DNA from: Microbotryum violaceum
Taxonomy: Eukaryota
Assembly (NCBI GenBank): GCA_001244265.2
Contig: CDLV01000014.1
Location: 310,001 to 374,000, forward strand
DNA length: 64,000 nucleotides
Direction of reading: 5' to 3'
Part shown: one piece after another, positions 1 through 14,401 of the stretch
Position numbering within the stretch: the first letter of the stretch is position 1
Layout: the number at the start of each line of letters is the position of its first letter
Made by a program: the position numbers and the translations under genes
Notes under the pieces: generated by a model
What the model saw: only the letters and a program-made list of their open reading frames with translations
What the model was told of the DNA's origin: nothing
Databases searched by the model: none

Positions 1-39
1 CGAATTGATGAGTGATGAACCTCAACCTCAGGAGCTCCA

Positions 40-2605
40 TCAGGCCAACGGACCCCCGGGAGGAGGCGGCGGTCCGGGGTATCCCCGCGTCACCCTCGGT
101 TGGAACTCGTCGGGATCGACCAAGCCGTCCACCCCAGTCGATGATACTGCGGTCGAATACGACGTCGCCGACAGTGGATCATGCATTGACCCCCCTGTCG
201 AGGTCCCGTACGCTTCTTGATGACTCATCGCTCCCCGAGTTGAGGATGACGGCGCGGGCCAGTTGAATGCTCGCCCGTGCCCCGATCGACTGCTCTCCGC
301 CCCCGTCGAATTGTACGAAACGGGTGTGATCGGCGAAACGGGGGATCCACTACCCGTCCGCAGGGGCACTTGCAGAGGTGGCGGAGAAAATTGGCACGCG
401 TTGTGCGGTGGTGAGTGCGGGTTCATTGGCTGCAAGTAAGGGTGATCGTACTCGGCGCCAGCTTGGGTCGGTCTTGATGGCGAGGTCATGTGAGTCGACG
501 CGTCCCACTCCATTTCGTCCAATTTGCCTTCGCGCGGCGAAACAATAAAAGGACTGACGGCGGGTTTGCTGCCGTCAACATTCGTGTATTCCGGCACGTG
601 CTGCTGAGTCTGAAACTGCTCCTCGACCTTGTTCGATCTCCGTCGCATCCACCACCACGCTAGCAGAGCAATGAGGGCCGCGCCGACAATGCCCCCCACG
701 ACCCCTCCGACAATGGCTCCAATCGGTGGCGAGCCGCCGTCAGCACCGGTGGTCCCGCTATTGTCTGAGATCGTCTGACAGGAGTAAAAGTACAGTCCCG
801 ATGTTATGTTGGGAGAGGCCAGCGAAAAGGCGCCCGCACCATCGAACACATAAACTGCGCGCCCACAGGTGAACGAGACGGATCAGTGTCACGTCGGGTC
901 AGACTGGCGCGGACTATGAGAATCGACTCACGATTGAATATCTGGCCCGCAGGCACGACGTTTTGGACATAGATATCGGAGGAGTTGACATTGAGCGCTG
1001 CCGCGAGCAACCCTGATTGCCTGATGTAATCGTGAGCTTCGAGCGATCAGTCATGTTCGTTAGGCACATGCGATGGCCCAGGTAAGAGGACTGACCCTGC
1101 AATGATACCGACAGTATACGGGGCCACCCCGTTCTTAATCGAGACCTTGAACTCTTGACAGGGATTGTTGGGCGGATTGACCGTGAAACTAAGCACGGGG
1201 TTGTCCTTAGTCCGTACCGTGCAGTTTGAGAATCCGGGAACAATGGTGTCTACACGAATGAGAATCCAACAGTTGACGTTAGTCCGGGTATAGAAACAGT
1301 GGTGCCGCACGAACACCCGAGGGACGCGGGATGAAGAAACCAATCAAGTCCGCAAACGTGTCTGGCCCTGGGACGCGTGCTCTCGGCGCCCTGCTGTCGA
1401 TGTCTCCAGCTCCACGCATGCTCCGGAACGCCGAAAGAAGGGACTCACACAGCGGGTAAATGGCGCCGCCGCTCGTACCGTTGGAGTCGACCATCCCGAA
1501 CGAGAATGTTGTACCCTGCAACATGCCATGGCGAGCAACAGTAGATTTTTTTTGGTAGGTAGTTGTAGCCGGGGATGAAAGAGGTGAGAATAATCGTATG
1601 GTCAGGGGCTGTGGCGTTTGACCTTTTACGCAAATGGAGGCATCTGGATGCTCCGTTTAAGGAAAGTGCTCCCGAGGGCTCGGAGAAGAAAGAAGTGCGG
1701 GGAGAGACTCACGACTGGCAAATTAGCAGTATATGTAAAGTTGCCCCCAACATTGGAGGCCCCATACATCACCATTGGCTGCGGTCGTTGAGAAGCATCA
1801 CACGCGGAGTCAAAGAGATTGTTATCAGAGGATGAATGAGACAACGTGTCAGCTCGCCGTTCCTCTATTGCCCCTGCGCGACGCGCGCCGCGACCGCCAG
1901 CCGCGGAGGCCGGGGTGCCAGGCACGCGCGGCTGGATCGGACAGGCCCAGCTTTGTAGGGTGGAAGCAAGCGTCCACTGACCAGAAACTGCGAGTCAATG
2001 GGCGTGACGGCGTAATAGAGCGGAGGCACGGTCACGGCCGACGAGCCTGGGTTGTCCATTGTGCCCACCCTGACGACGGCGCACTGCGGAATTGCGCGCA
2101 CCGAGTCGTTGATCGAGAGCATCGTCCAGAAGAAAGATATCGGCGGAACTTCCACCTGGGTGAGCGTTATCTGCTCGATGGACCTCAACACGTCAGCCCG
2201 TGCTTTCCATCACCCTCATCGCCATCTGGCTTTGCGCCATAAGAGGGCGAATCGGCGGGTGGGACGACCCGGTCTCCGCGGTTGGCGTCTGGACGACGCC
2301 GCGGTTCTACAGCGCCCCGGCCGATGTGCACGCGAAACAGGGCAAGAGTACGTAAGATTTGGACTGACACTGACGTCCCTGGGTATTTCTTCCCTCTTGC
2401 TGTTGTTGAGAAAGTGTTGCTCCGGGTCGAGAGGCGCCAGCGCATTGAATTGATCGCCGACCGAGCCCAGGGCCGAGAATGCCGACCGTGCGCGTTGGTG
2501 CATGGAGTAATCCACGCCGTGGGCGGGGGCGTAGGCATGGGTGGGCTGCAGGAAGAGGGTGGTGGTGGCCAGGGCGACGAGAAGGCCCAATCGAGTGGGC
2601 CGCAT
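40..2605 (-). CDS. Secreted/single-pass membrane protein (signal peptide, beta-rich ectodomain, Mid2/SKG6-like TM segment, Ser/Pro-rich tail); multi-exon
   Basis: ATG at 2605 gives MRPTRLGLLVALATTTLFLQPTHA (signal peptide). Exon fragments in ORFs 1865-2191, 1626-1925, 1279-1524, 1047-1343 and 804-1010. TM segment IGAIVGGVVGGIVGAALIALLAWWWMRRR. TGA at 40-42. Confidence 0.75.
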
Positions 2606-3116
2606 TTTAGGTGTCGAAGAAGTGCCGCGGTGTGACATGCACAGGTGAGAAAGTGACAGAGCGATAAAAGTGGTGGGCCGGCTGCAACCGACCGATTGAA
2701 GCTGAGCGCTGAGTCCCTGATCAGAGATCAGCTTGAGCCAAATACCTATCATTCATTTTGTTCCCGGGGACCGCAGTTTGCAAGTCTTCTCTTTGAGCTA
2801 GGTCTGCATCTGGGCGGGTGACAATATTTTTTGCGAGCGTGGCCGTTTGAGCGAAACGAATTTACTAAAGTGCAGGAGCGAAAAGCATTTCCTCTGGCCT
2901 ACTCTGCTCTAGCGCAGGCGCGCCACGCTCAGGGGGGGCGGCCCACCGGTCTCTGAGATCGGCAATTGGGTAAGGTGTAGACCGCTAGTCGCGGGTTCGG
3001 GCATCATTAGTGCTCGATCACCACTCGGACACAGGTCGACGTCTAGGTGCATACACTCGTCGCTGCCACCTTCCGAGAAACGCACAACCACCAGCCGCTC
3101 ACACGTGTCCCCGTAG

Positions 3117-5781
3117 ATGATGGCCTCCCTCTTGTGAGTTGCCAGCGTCGCGTCGCGAGCGGCGATCATGAACCGACCTCGAGGACCGCAAAGGCTGATG
3201 TCAATCGTGCACGTCCGCACGCGATCGGTCACCTCCAGTGCGGTGCGCAAAGCGGAGCAACAGAAGAATGCTGGTTAGTGCACTCAAAGGCGCATGTCCT
3301 CCTCCCAGACGGCTGTTTCGTGGCTCATGATCGCCTGCCAACCCATCACAGACGCGTTGAAGGCGCTCGACTTTAACCCACCCGCGGTGTCGAAACCGTC
3401 TTCGACCGCATCCACGGCCACGACCAAGACCAAGTCGACCGTACCGAGGAAGAGACCTGCTCCCAAACGCGAACTGCCATCGAGAGAGCCGACGAGGGCT
3501 CGGTCGACGAGAATGGCCGCCGCGGCTGGACAGCAGAGGACAGACGAGCAGATTCAGGCGATCGCTGAGGTCAGTTTACTCGAAAGACACGTCGCGTCGC
3601 GTGAAGTGCGGACATGAACTTCGGCAGATGATCCTCTGCGGGGGAGAAGCAATACTGATAGGCCTATACAATACGTTTCGGCGCGCTCATTTGCCCTCCA
3701 GGCCAATGCTAAGGAGGAGGAGGAAGAGAAGGAACGCCTTCGAGTAGCCAAGCACGGATCGAGGTCACTTGATGCCATGACCGGTGTCACCGGCTCACTC
3801 GAGACGGAGCAGCTGCAAGAAGAGTTCAAGCGACTGGCCAACTATGTTGCTGAGACGACCAATCGATCCGCCTCTTCTGCCAAGTCGAGTCCGAGCAAAA
3901 CGAGGAGAGCACCGTCGAGCTCGCCGCAGAAGGGCGGTGGTGCGACCGAACTTGGGCCTGCGAATGTCGACACCAAGGCACTGCAAACTATTATCAAGTC
4001 GGTCGAACATCGAGCCACCGTCAAGGTGGGCTACAGCGCGTCTGGAATATGTGATGCTGCCGCGGGGTTTGCTGATCCGAGTGTGCATGCCTCCAATTGC
4101 AGATTATTCCCGATCGAATCTACTCAATGGTGGTTCATCCTGATCAGACACGCGATCTGGTGAGCGCTCTATAATGGTCCTACGTCCATAAACAACCCAA
4201 CTGACGCTCTCGGTTTTGCTCCCCATCAGGTCTTTGCCGGCGACAAGAAAGGTCACATTGGGCTGTGGGACGCCACGAACGCGGGAAACTTGATTCTGGC
4301 AGCCTCGAATGGGTCCATCCGCGATGGCGCCAAGAATGACATTGAGGATGAAGAAGACGAAGAAGAGGTGTTCACACCCGATCGAGGCAACCATTATCAC
4401 TGGCAAGGCCATCTACAAAACACTGTCTCCCAACTCAAGCTCGCTCCCAACGATCCCCACAAAGTGAGCAATAACAGATGCTTCGAAAGGATGTTGAGCT
4501 TTAGGAGCTCACGCCGTTCTCTCTGTACAATGGTCAGCTCTACTCGAGCTCTTACGATTGTACGTTACGGTGTCGGGACTTTACCAAGGATGTCGATTAT
4601 GAGATCGTGGACCTCGACCGCTTCGACGAATCAGAGGCGCTCGTCCATTCGTTTGACTTTACCCCATCTGGGCATGTGCTCTACGGTAGGTGGCAGCATC
4701 GAGGTGTAACACGCTTTGACTGAAGCTGACCTCGTATTGTCATGAAATTGACCAGCTGTCGACAACAATGGAGGCATGGTGCGACGCGATCTAAGGCAGA
4801 AGATGGACAAGGCCGAGCGTTGGTACATTGATCGAGCCAAAGGTAGGTCCAAGGCCGTGGATGCTTGAGCAGATCAGCGGACTGCTGCTTATCCAAATTG
4901 TCTTTCCTCACAAAGTTGGATGCATCAGCATCAACCCTGCGAATGAGAACGTGGCTGTCACGGCCCACCTCAAGAAGGAAATGAAGTCGGTCCTTGTCTT
5001 CCAAAGCCCGGCACATGAGTTGACATGCTGACTGCAGGTACTTGCGAACGACTTTGCTCGCTCAGGCTTTGGGACCTGCGTAAATTCACGACGTCGGCTC
5101 AAGAGACTTCCGCCGAAGATCAAATGGAAGACGCCTTGCTGGCTTCATATTCGTATCGCAACGCGTGCTCGTCTGCGTACTTCGACTGGACGGGGACCAA
5201 GATCTTATCGACCTGCTACGATGATTATCTCAGGAGTAGGTCCCGGCTATCTCAGTAAAACGTGCGTGGACCCAGTCGGCTGATGGCGTTGTTGGTGCCT
5301 ACAGTCTGGGACATTGATCCGAAGAAAACCGAGCCGGTGGTCAAGACGTTCGAACCTTCAACCAAGATCAGAGTGAGTGCGATTGAGGGTCTTTCTTCTC
5401 GACTTCCAAAGCTAAAATATGCTACTTCATACAAACCCAGCATGACTGCCAAGGTATGTAGCTCCCTCTGTGCTTCTGCACGCCCGTCTCGTATCGTATT
5501 GACATGTCCAGCCGCTCGTATCTCTCATAGTCGGACGCTACGTATCCGTCTTCCGCGCGCAATGGATCCACTCCCCCCTCCTCCCTTCATCATTCACCAT
5601 TGGCAACATGAAGCGTTACCTTGACGTTTACTCAGCTGACGGAACCAACGTCGCTCATCTAGCCGACGAGATGATCACGGCCGTACCGGCTGTGACGGCG
5701 GCTCATCCTACGCTTGGGGAAGTGAGGTTGTATGGCGGTTCAGCGAGTGGCAAGATTAGCTTCTTCAAAGGGGTCGATTGA
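3117..5781 (+). CDS. CMR1: WD40-repeat DNA damage-binding protein CMR1 (WDR76 family); multi-exon, start approximate
   Basis: Spliced motifs PDRIYSMVVHPD..VFAGDKKGHIGLWDA, SSAYFDWTGTKILSTCYDD, GRYVSVFRAQW, FTIGNMKRYLDVY, ITAVPAVTAAHP..GGSASGK. Stop at 5779-5781. Confidence 0.85.
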
Positions 5782-6150
5782 GAGAGCATTTCGTAGTAAG
5801 GATGTGTAATGCCAGGACAAACGATTTCTCGGGGTCGTGCTTCTCGCCCAAAGCGAGAGAAAGCATCTATACTTTCTCGCCTCACTCGATAAGAATCTGA
5901 TTAGGGTACAGACATCAATAGCTTTCGTCTTCCTCCGATTTGAAAATCAACAAATTGAAAAGGTGGTCTACCATAAACATACATGCACGTGAGGGTTGAA
6001 GGTGGAGGGGTAATGCGACATGTGACGTGTAGGAAAGGGAATGCGATGAGGGGGCGGAAACACAATGAATCCGATAGCTCCTTTGATGCGTTCAATCCGT
6101 CGGCCCTTCGTCAAGTCCCCGAGCTCCATGTCGTTTCCAATTCCCGGTCC

Positions 6151-9143
6151 CTACTTGGTCTCGGAGCCGGCGATCGTATGTGTTATATCGCCTCCGCTGC
6201 CATTGATCTTCTCCTTTGTCGAGCCGACCCAATTCTGAACGCCATCACCCATCGCAGCGTCCTCTTCCTTACTCGCTTGCAAATCGGCGAAACGAACCTC
6301 GGCCAGCAGGGCCAATCCATCCAATGCCGATAAGCTCGAACTGCTTCGTGGACCGTGCGAGGTGTGCCGTCGATCGAGCGCATCATCGTCAGATTCATTC
6401 GACAATACGTCCATATCCGGTGAGCTGTGTCGGTTTGTCGCAAGTAACCCATGTTCCGCGGGAGATTTGTCCAGTGCTTTGAGTGCTAACGACGCTTTGA
6501 GACTAGCTTGCAAGGCCCCGGCTTTCCCCCAAAAGTCGAGGATAATCGTCTCCTCTGGCACCTGATACCGCACTCGGTTGACCGTAATCTCTTCGTATCG
6601 ATCGTCGTCGAGCAGGCGAGGTTCGCGTTTCGGGATGACGAGGATGTCGCCATTATTCGTCGAGTCGCGCGATTGGACAGGAATGGTGGTCGTACTCCGA
6701 GGAATGCGTTTCTTCGGCTGATAGGTCAAGATATAACGTATGAGCGCGTCAGTGACACTCTCAACTAGATGAAAAGTGACCACTCTACTCACTAGGACAT
6801 GCTGCGTATGTGCAGGGCACATCCACTTGCGAGTCGGCGGAGGCATCCCGACGAGTGGTGGATCGAGGCAGTCGAGATGCCAGTGCTGGTCACAAAAGTC
6901 GCAGGATATGATACGCCGTTGCTTCGCGATCGAAGATGTTTCGTTGCAGTGGTAGCAGATGAGCGTCTTGCCCGTCTTGTCGCGCAGCTTGTACCCATCG
7001 CGCTCTTCTTGACCGACCGCTCGACCTCTGCAAAGTGCGACCATGCGGTCATCGGGTCAGCCCGGTTCTTCACTCTATCACCAACACCGACCCTCCGGAT
7101 TATGCTTACGTGATTTTTGACGGTGGCCGATGTTCAGTCGTGTCAATATATTCTCCTACCGCGCCCGTCGCAACTGCGCAGGTGAACAAGTGTGGCGCGG
7201 ACCAGGGCGGCGCTTGGTCAGTCAAAGAGCTTGGCACCAACAACGCATATCCACCCGCATCGAAAACCCACTGTTCTTGTACAAACTCTTAATATCGGGT
7301 CCCAGTGAGAAGACCTTGGGGTTCTCGCAGTCGATCTTGTGTATGAGCTCGCGGAAGAAACCTCGAGGCGGTTGCGGAGGCGGTCTCTGTAGGTTTGCAA
7401 GAGCGGGACGTCGAACAGGGCGAGTCAGCATTCGAACGCACGTGTGGAACTCTCTTTCCACACATCTCCATCCCTCGACTCCTTGGTGTGGGTCGCTCGT
7501 GAGGGGCCGCATCGTCGCTGGGAGAGCGAAAGAGGGGAGACAGGGGTGCCCAACTGACCTTCGCCGCACGGCAAGCTTTGCAGTACCATGCCTCGTCCGG
7601 TACTTGATCAACATCGAGGGGAGGATCGAGACAAGTGAAGTGAAACGACCTCAAGCATCCTCCATCGCAGCATAGGAAGTGGCCCTTGCCGAGACACGCA
7701 TCACAGTAATCGTTGTTTGGCTGAGCTCCGCCGCGCGAGGAGAGGTGAGCGCCCGTGGTGGTGGTGGAGGCGGTCGTGGTCCAGGTGTGAGCCGATGCAG
7801 GCGCGGGCGAGCACCGGGTCGAGCGAGTCATGTTGTGCCACGGGTGTAGCGACGAGATTAAGAGTGAATAAAGAAGGAAGTCTAGAGTAAGCACACCAAG
7901 AGCGACGGCAACGAGAGGAGGGAACCGGCGTCCCCAAGGCAGGCACGACCACGCACGGAGCGCGCAGGGGGTATGCGGGAGCGGGTGGGTGGAAGGAGGG
8001 CAAAAGGCGAAGCTCGGCGGCGCGCGCGCGCCCCAATCTCGATGGCGCTCGGGGCAAGTCGAGCCTGCCTGCAGGACTCGACACTCACCAGCTGGGCCTC
8101 CTCGCCGCTGAAAGCCTTGTGTGCCGACACCGCTGCACGACGAGCGAGGATCTTGGGTCCTTTGACCGAGGTAGCGGATCCAGCACTGTTAAAGCAAAGG
8201 CCAAGCCAAAATGGGATGTTCAGCTTCCAATCACAGAAAACAATCCAGTGTCGATGTAGTGATTGCTAATGCATGCTCACCTGATCTTGATCGACTTTTG
8301 AGCTCGCTTCGAGCCGGGCTTAATGATCCCGTCCCCTAATCCTAGCCCTGCAGACGCTCCAGTACTTCCCCATCCACCGACCTTGCCTTTGCCCGCGAGT
8401 TCCCTCGGTGGTGGCGGCAGCGAGTCCTCGACCGAAGCAGCACCAAACAACGCAATCTCTTGCTCTTCTAGCTCTCGGGTCGGGTTCAGAACCGGTGTCG
8501 CAGTTCCGGAATATGAGACTACAGCGTCGTCGCCCGTCGCGTCGCCCGAGGCCGTCTCCGTTTGGCCGGCGAGGAAAGGCGTAGGGGGTGCTGAGGACGA
8601 TGCATCATCATCGACTTCCATGTCGCCGTTGTGATGCAGCAACATCGACGACGACGAGGTGCTTGCAACGAGACGACTTCGAACGCGCTCTTGGGCCACT
8701 GGGACCCCGGAATGATGATCGGATGATGGCGGCAAATGGCCACTGGCTACACTGCTGCTGCCACCATCTCCGTCGGTCGAGGTCGAGTTCGAGTTGGACG
8801 TGGATGAGCTCGCCGCGCTTCGATCCATGCTCGACGCGCGGGCAGTGGAGCTGTCGTAGTTCGCGATCGAGGCGACGGCTGCTCTTAATGCTCCATCTCC
8901 TCTTGGTGTTCGACCAGTATCCTCCGCTTCGGCATGGCTTTCGCCCTGCCCGAGGCCGAGGCCCGTTAGCGGTCGCGCGCCGTTCGCGGTGACATGCGCG
9001 GCGCCCGTCTGCGCTGACGGTGGTGCTGCTGAGGGTTGTGGTGCCAGTGCGCTGCCGCCGCCGCCGCTGGAGGGGGCAGCGCGGTGCGGTCCCGGCGGCA
9101 GGACGTCATGGTAAGCAAGCACATTGTCTGCAAAGCCATCCAT
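6151..9143 (-). CDS. RCO1: Double PHD-finger protein, Rco1/Cph1-2-like subunit of the Rpd3S/Clr6 deacetylase complex; multi-exon
   Basis: PHD1 NNDYCDACLGKGHFLCCDGGCLRSFHFTCLDPP..WYCKAC and PHD2 CYHC..IISCDFCDQHWHLDCLDPP..WMCPAH, followed by YQVPEETIILDF. ATG at 9143. Confidence 0.75.
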
Positions 9144-10534
9144 GGTCGTTCTCGATTCCGCAAACGTCAACTTGGGTAGAGAACAGAGCAGTGGGAGCGA
9201 AGAAACAAAGGGGGATGCGTGGAGAAGGAGAGAGAGAGCCACCGAGGGCAGCGCCGTTTGGGCCCTGTGGTGTTGTAAGGGGGCCAATTCCTAGGCGGGT
9301 TTTGGTGTCCTGCAAGCTTGGGTTTGGTTTGGAGCGAGCGCCGCAGGTCAAAGTTGCGCGCGCGCAAGTGGCGCTGGTTTCGGGAAAGGATCACTCGCCT
9401 GCTGCCGCTTTGACCCTTGCGGACTCAAGACAGGGGGTGCTGAGAGTGTCTCGCGAAGGCTGACCTTCCACGGCGCTCTGCTTGGCACGCCACGGCCAGA
9501 GGGTTGCGCTACAGAGAGCGCAGCTTTGGTCCCCGCTTCTATTGTCATCGAACTATGATGATTTACGGCTTGACTGCTACTGGATGCCTACTGCTTGCAG
9601 TGGGAGCATCACGCGGGCTGAGTCCTGACACCCGTCCGGCGCGCGGAGTTAAAAAGAGCCACGTCTATCCAGATTAGACTTTGGCTGCGCTGATACTTTG
9701 GGTAGAGCTAAACATTGGCTTGGACCCAATTGGTCTCTAACAAACAGTTCAGGCTTTAATCTGCACTGCTTGTTTGCTCGCCAAGGCAAGAAGTCGCCAA
9801 GAGAGCGTTTTTTGATTGGAGGAACACCTGTTCCGTCGGAGCCGTCCGGCCCGTCACACGTCACCGTCCACATGTGCACTCTACAGCTGTAATGGGGCTA
9901 TGAACTAGCTTGGATAATGGCTCCAGACTCGATCGACCTCATTCACCTATGATCTGAGGCGTTATGACTTATGCATGGCGACGGTTGACCATGATGTCCG
10001 TCGAGAGATTCTCGCTCCGAGATGATGTCAGGCGTGGCCCCCCACCGACGGTATCGACGCCGTCCGCGCACGAAAGGGGCCTCTTGGCTCGGCAGTTGCT
10101 GAAACAATTGAGATTCATATTCTGGGTTGATCTTTTCACTCTGTGGCTACTAAGAACAGAAATCGCGACGTCATGGCCTTTGTTCCAACCAAGGCCACTG
10201 GTGCTTGAAATAAAGGGTCTGTTCGGCGCACTCCGAAGCAAGAGGCAGGCGACTCGCCTTGATTAGCCTAGTCAGATCCGAATCCTCATTGAGCCTCCCT
10301 CGTGAACCCTTTTCTCGCATCCCTAGTGTTTCCTTTTGTGTTTTATAGTTTCGAGTGCACGCATCGAGACGCGCATGCACCACGGATTTGAAATTCGAAG
10401 CTTGGGGACACAAGAGGACCACATCGGCGTGCTTCGTGTCACTTGTCACTTGGGCGCCTCGCCTCGCCTGCTGAGCTTGACCTAACCCCACCCGTTCCCC
10501 AGTCGAGTGCGGCGCGCTACGGGGCGCATTGACG

Positions 10535-13500
10535 ATGACGACACCGACCACTCGTACGAGAGGGACGTCGAACGCGTCACTGCAGTCTTTTTCGTCTGCT
10601 GCACCGCTCAACAACACGGCGCCGGTCGCGAGCACGAGCGGATCGCCGCCGCGTCGAGGACCGCCGCCTGCGCTGTCCCGAACCGGTTCCAGCCTCGCCG
10701 ATTCACCGATCAATCGGACAGGATCCAAGTATGGTGGTACGTCGTCGATCCAAGCCCTCTCGCCGAGGTACTTGACCTTCTCGTCCGCGGCCAGCAACGT
10801 CGGATCGGTCGCAACCTCGGCTGCCCCAGGAGGACCAGGAGCACCAGGGGGATCAACACGCTTCAAGCGCGGCCATTTGCGCAAAAAGGCACCTGCCATC
10901 ATCGGCATCAGGAGCGCGAACCCGGATGAGATTGATCTGATGGCACTCGAAGACCCGGACGAGGTGTTTCGGCGCTTTAGCGTGCGCGACGTCCGTGGTC
11001 TCGAGAAGCGAGCTAGGTCAGTTTTACCCCAGCCGGTTTCGGGCTCAGCGAAGGCCCGGGAGGCGTCCCGTTCCGCTTGTTCACTAGAGATCGTTACTCT
11101 TTCCACACTGTGCCTTAAACAGTGATGCAGCCGCGGGGAAAGTTGCCGAGCTACGGACGATGGTCGGCGAGCGATATCGTGACCTGCTCTCGGCCGCGGA
11201 CTCGATCATTCGCATGAGGGCTGCCGCCGAGAAGCTCGTCGACCGGTTCGACAAGGTCGAGACCGGCATATCAGTGGGAGAACAAGACAATGGGCCCGAC
11301 AGTACGTTGGCAGCAGATTGCCTCACTGTTCCTCCGATCCCTAGCTGACGGTGTCGTGTCGCGTCACAAAGAATTATCATTAGACACTCCGACGAAGCGA
11401 GTCAAGCATCCTAAGCTCGCCCATCGCGCCTCACTTTCATTGACAAAACCAGACCGAGTCTTCGCATCACCCCCAACACTCTCGCTCTCCATACAGCTGC
11501 TGCTCACACTGCCGTCGACGTTGCACAGTCTGCTCGAATCGGGCGACTTTCTACCTGCGGCACGGCTCGAGGGCTTGGGTCGATTGGTCTACCGCGCACT
11601 GTCAAACTTTACCAGCGACGATGACGATGCAGATGGGGGTATCAAAGCCGCCTTCCCCATCATCGAGAAACAGTCGGAAACGATCAACGGGCTAAGCCCG
11701 GCAATAACTCGAAGGGCGATCGCTGAACTCCGGACGTGGGATACTCCGACTCTGGTGAGTTACGCGAATCCATCACTCGTTCATGTTTGGCTCCATGCTG
11801 ACGTGTACTGGAGCATGTAGGCGACCGCAAACACGCTGGCTGCCATTGTCATGCTTGAGAACGCCTCCCTGCCCTCCTCTCTCGCAACTCTACTCGAGGC
11901 TCGGTCCAAGACCCTTTCCGCCATCCTCTATGCCACGGGCTCGAGCAAGTCACCGGACGTCGATACAATACTGCAACGTCTGAACGAGGCCCTTGGTGTT
12001 GTTCTGCGGACCGTTGATGCCGCTAGCTCCATATTTGGGGCGACTTCAAGTCCCTCGACGTCGAAAAGCTTGCTCGCCCAGCTACTTCAAGAGATCGAGC
12101 AGCCGACAGGGCTCACCAACCCCACAGACCCAACCAAACGCGACGATCAGTCGCCTCGCCTAGTTCCCATCATTCACACCCTGCCGAACCATGCCCTTCT
12201 CGCTCGACACTTGCCTCTCTCTATCCTCGAATATACCCCATCCCTGCCCATGTCGCCGTCCACCCACCCCTTCGATCCCTCAGCGGCGCACTCGCAGGTT
12301 CAATCCTGGCTCGCCCTCGAAACAGATCGAGTCGTGCAGGGTGTAACTTCCTGGATAGCTCATCTACGCGGAGGAGCACGAACGCTCGCTCAGATCCGTA
12401 GTACGCTCCGCTCGAGTCTCGCGGCCTTTTCGGGGCTTCGCGATGCCCAGGCCGACGTCGCGGCTCTCGAGGTCAGCCTCAACGCTGCATTGGAAGCTCG
12501 CTTCGAGAAATTCTATCGCCAGCATATGCGCAGTCTCGTCGATCGCGTCGAACCTGCCCTATCTTCCGCACTCGAGAAGCTCCCCACGTCTTTGCCTGAC
12601 CTCGACACCGCCGAGTTCTTGCTCGAAACGCCCCTGCCTTTCCCCAAGACCTCGCATTACGGCGTATTGCCTCACATGAGTACAAGAGCCAACAACAATG
12701 CAGCGCAGTCGTTCAGCGACACGCCATTTGAGGCGTTCCTGGACCAGGTGAACAAAAGGGTCATTGGTCGGAGCCCACTTATTGATCATGCGCTCAGTGA
12801 ACTGGAAGCGCATGCTCGGGACCTGCGCAAGGATTTGCAGGACTGGCTGGAGAGTGAGGATCATGGTCTCGATGTACAGTAAGTCCTTCGCCGTGGTGGG
12901 TTGAGATCGTGGTACGTTGACCTTGACTTATGTTGTTTTCAGGACACGGTTGAGGATCGCTTACGTAGGCTCGGCTCGGGACATGCTGCACAGCGTTTAC
13001 GAAGCCTTGGCGGCTCTTCTGGGCAAGCATGCTTCATCGGTCACATCGTCTCTCTTTCTTGGCAACGTTTTCCACCAGATATCACTCAGCACCACGTTCA
13101 CCGCCGACCTCCTCCACGGCACACTACCCGTCGCCAAGTCACAAGGCAAGTCTCGCTGCTCGCTGCCATCCTCGTACATTGGGCAAAGGGGTCTTAACGG
13201 GTGTGAAATTTCGCCTTATCACAGAGTCGAGCATCATCGCCGAATGGCAATCGCAACTCGCTGAACTGCAACAGCGATCACTCGAGACATGGCGCATTCA
13301 AGCTGTCGAGCGAGCCGCGGACAAGCTGCGCGGCGCCACCAGCTCCGATGCGCTGCGTACGGCAACTTTGAAGTCCCGCGAGATGGTGCAGGGGCAACAG
13401 AATGGGCAACAGGCCACTGCAGCCCACATGCCTTTGCCGATGCAGCCTTCCCCTGCCGTTCTTTCGGCGCTGCGTAACCTCGTGTCGTTGATTCGGAAAG

Positions 13501-14050
13501 TGGGACTTCATCGAACCCAAGCGGACCCGACGATCGTACGAGATCTTCTCGACCAAGTTGCTGAAGCTGCGCTGCAGTCGTACCAGGCTTTCGTGGCGAA
13601 GATGGCTCAAGCTGACGAGAGCCCATCGGAGAAGCGCGAGTTTGCGAATCAGGTCTTGTGGGATGTTAGCTTCCTGGGAAGGATATGGAACGCTTCACAG
13701 CCCGGATGGATCGCTGTGAATGAAGAGCTACGGCAGTTGGTGAGTTTGAGGTTTGTCCGAGTTGGGTGAGAGTGACGTTGCATCATAATTGACCACTTGC
13801 GTCTGCACAGGCCGATCCTTCTCTCGTTTCGTCGGTCGAGGCCAGCACGTTGAAATATCTGCAACGAACGCAAACCATCTTTTCCTCGCTATTGCTAGTT
13901 GGAAGCAAACCCTCGTCCTCGTTGTCGACTACCGCTGCAGCAAGTGCGGCCGGATGGCTCGCGCTCGGTACGGTCTCGGCGCCGAGTCTGGCACTGACGG
14001 GGTTGGGCAAGCCGGGTCCGCGTTTGGGACAACTGCCGACGGGGAATTGA
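10535..14050 (+). CDS. COG1: Conserved oligomeric Golgi complex subunit 1 (Vps51/Vps67 domain); multi-exon
   Basis: DPDEVFRRFSVRDVR..KVAELRTMVGERYRDLLSAADSIIRM is the COG1 N-terminal signature. Long helical exons follow, with C-terminal LQRTQTIFSSL. Confidence 0.8.
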
Positions 14051-14401
14051 GTTGGAGTGTGGACGTGTTATTTGGTCAATGGTTGTGTCTGTCTGTGTGT
14101 GCAACCTGAAATTATGTGTTTATCATCATGTGCGCCTCTCGGGGCACGATTGCGATTAGCTGGGGGCGGGGGGGGGGGCGGAAAAGTGATTTTGATCGCC
14201 GAACATGCGCGATCGGGGTGCTTCGATTGGCGCGTGCTGGAGCGTGCGATCGCAAGGCTGCCGAGACCCGCCTGGACACCCCCACTTGCCACTTGCCGCT
14301 TGCGCTCTTGTTCTCTGTGAACGTGCTCCCCTCGTCCTCTCCGCCGGCCACCCGAGGTCACCAGAGCGAACTTAAATTGAGCCATGATTCGACCAACGAG
14401 C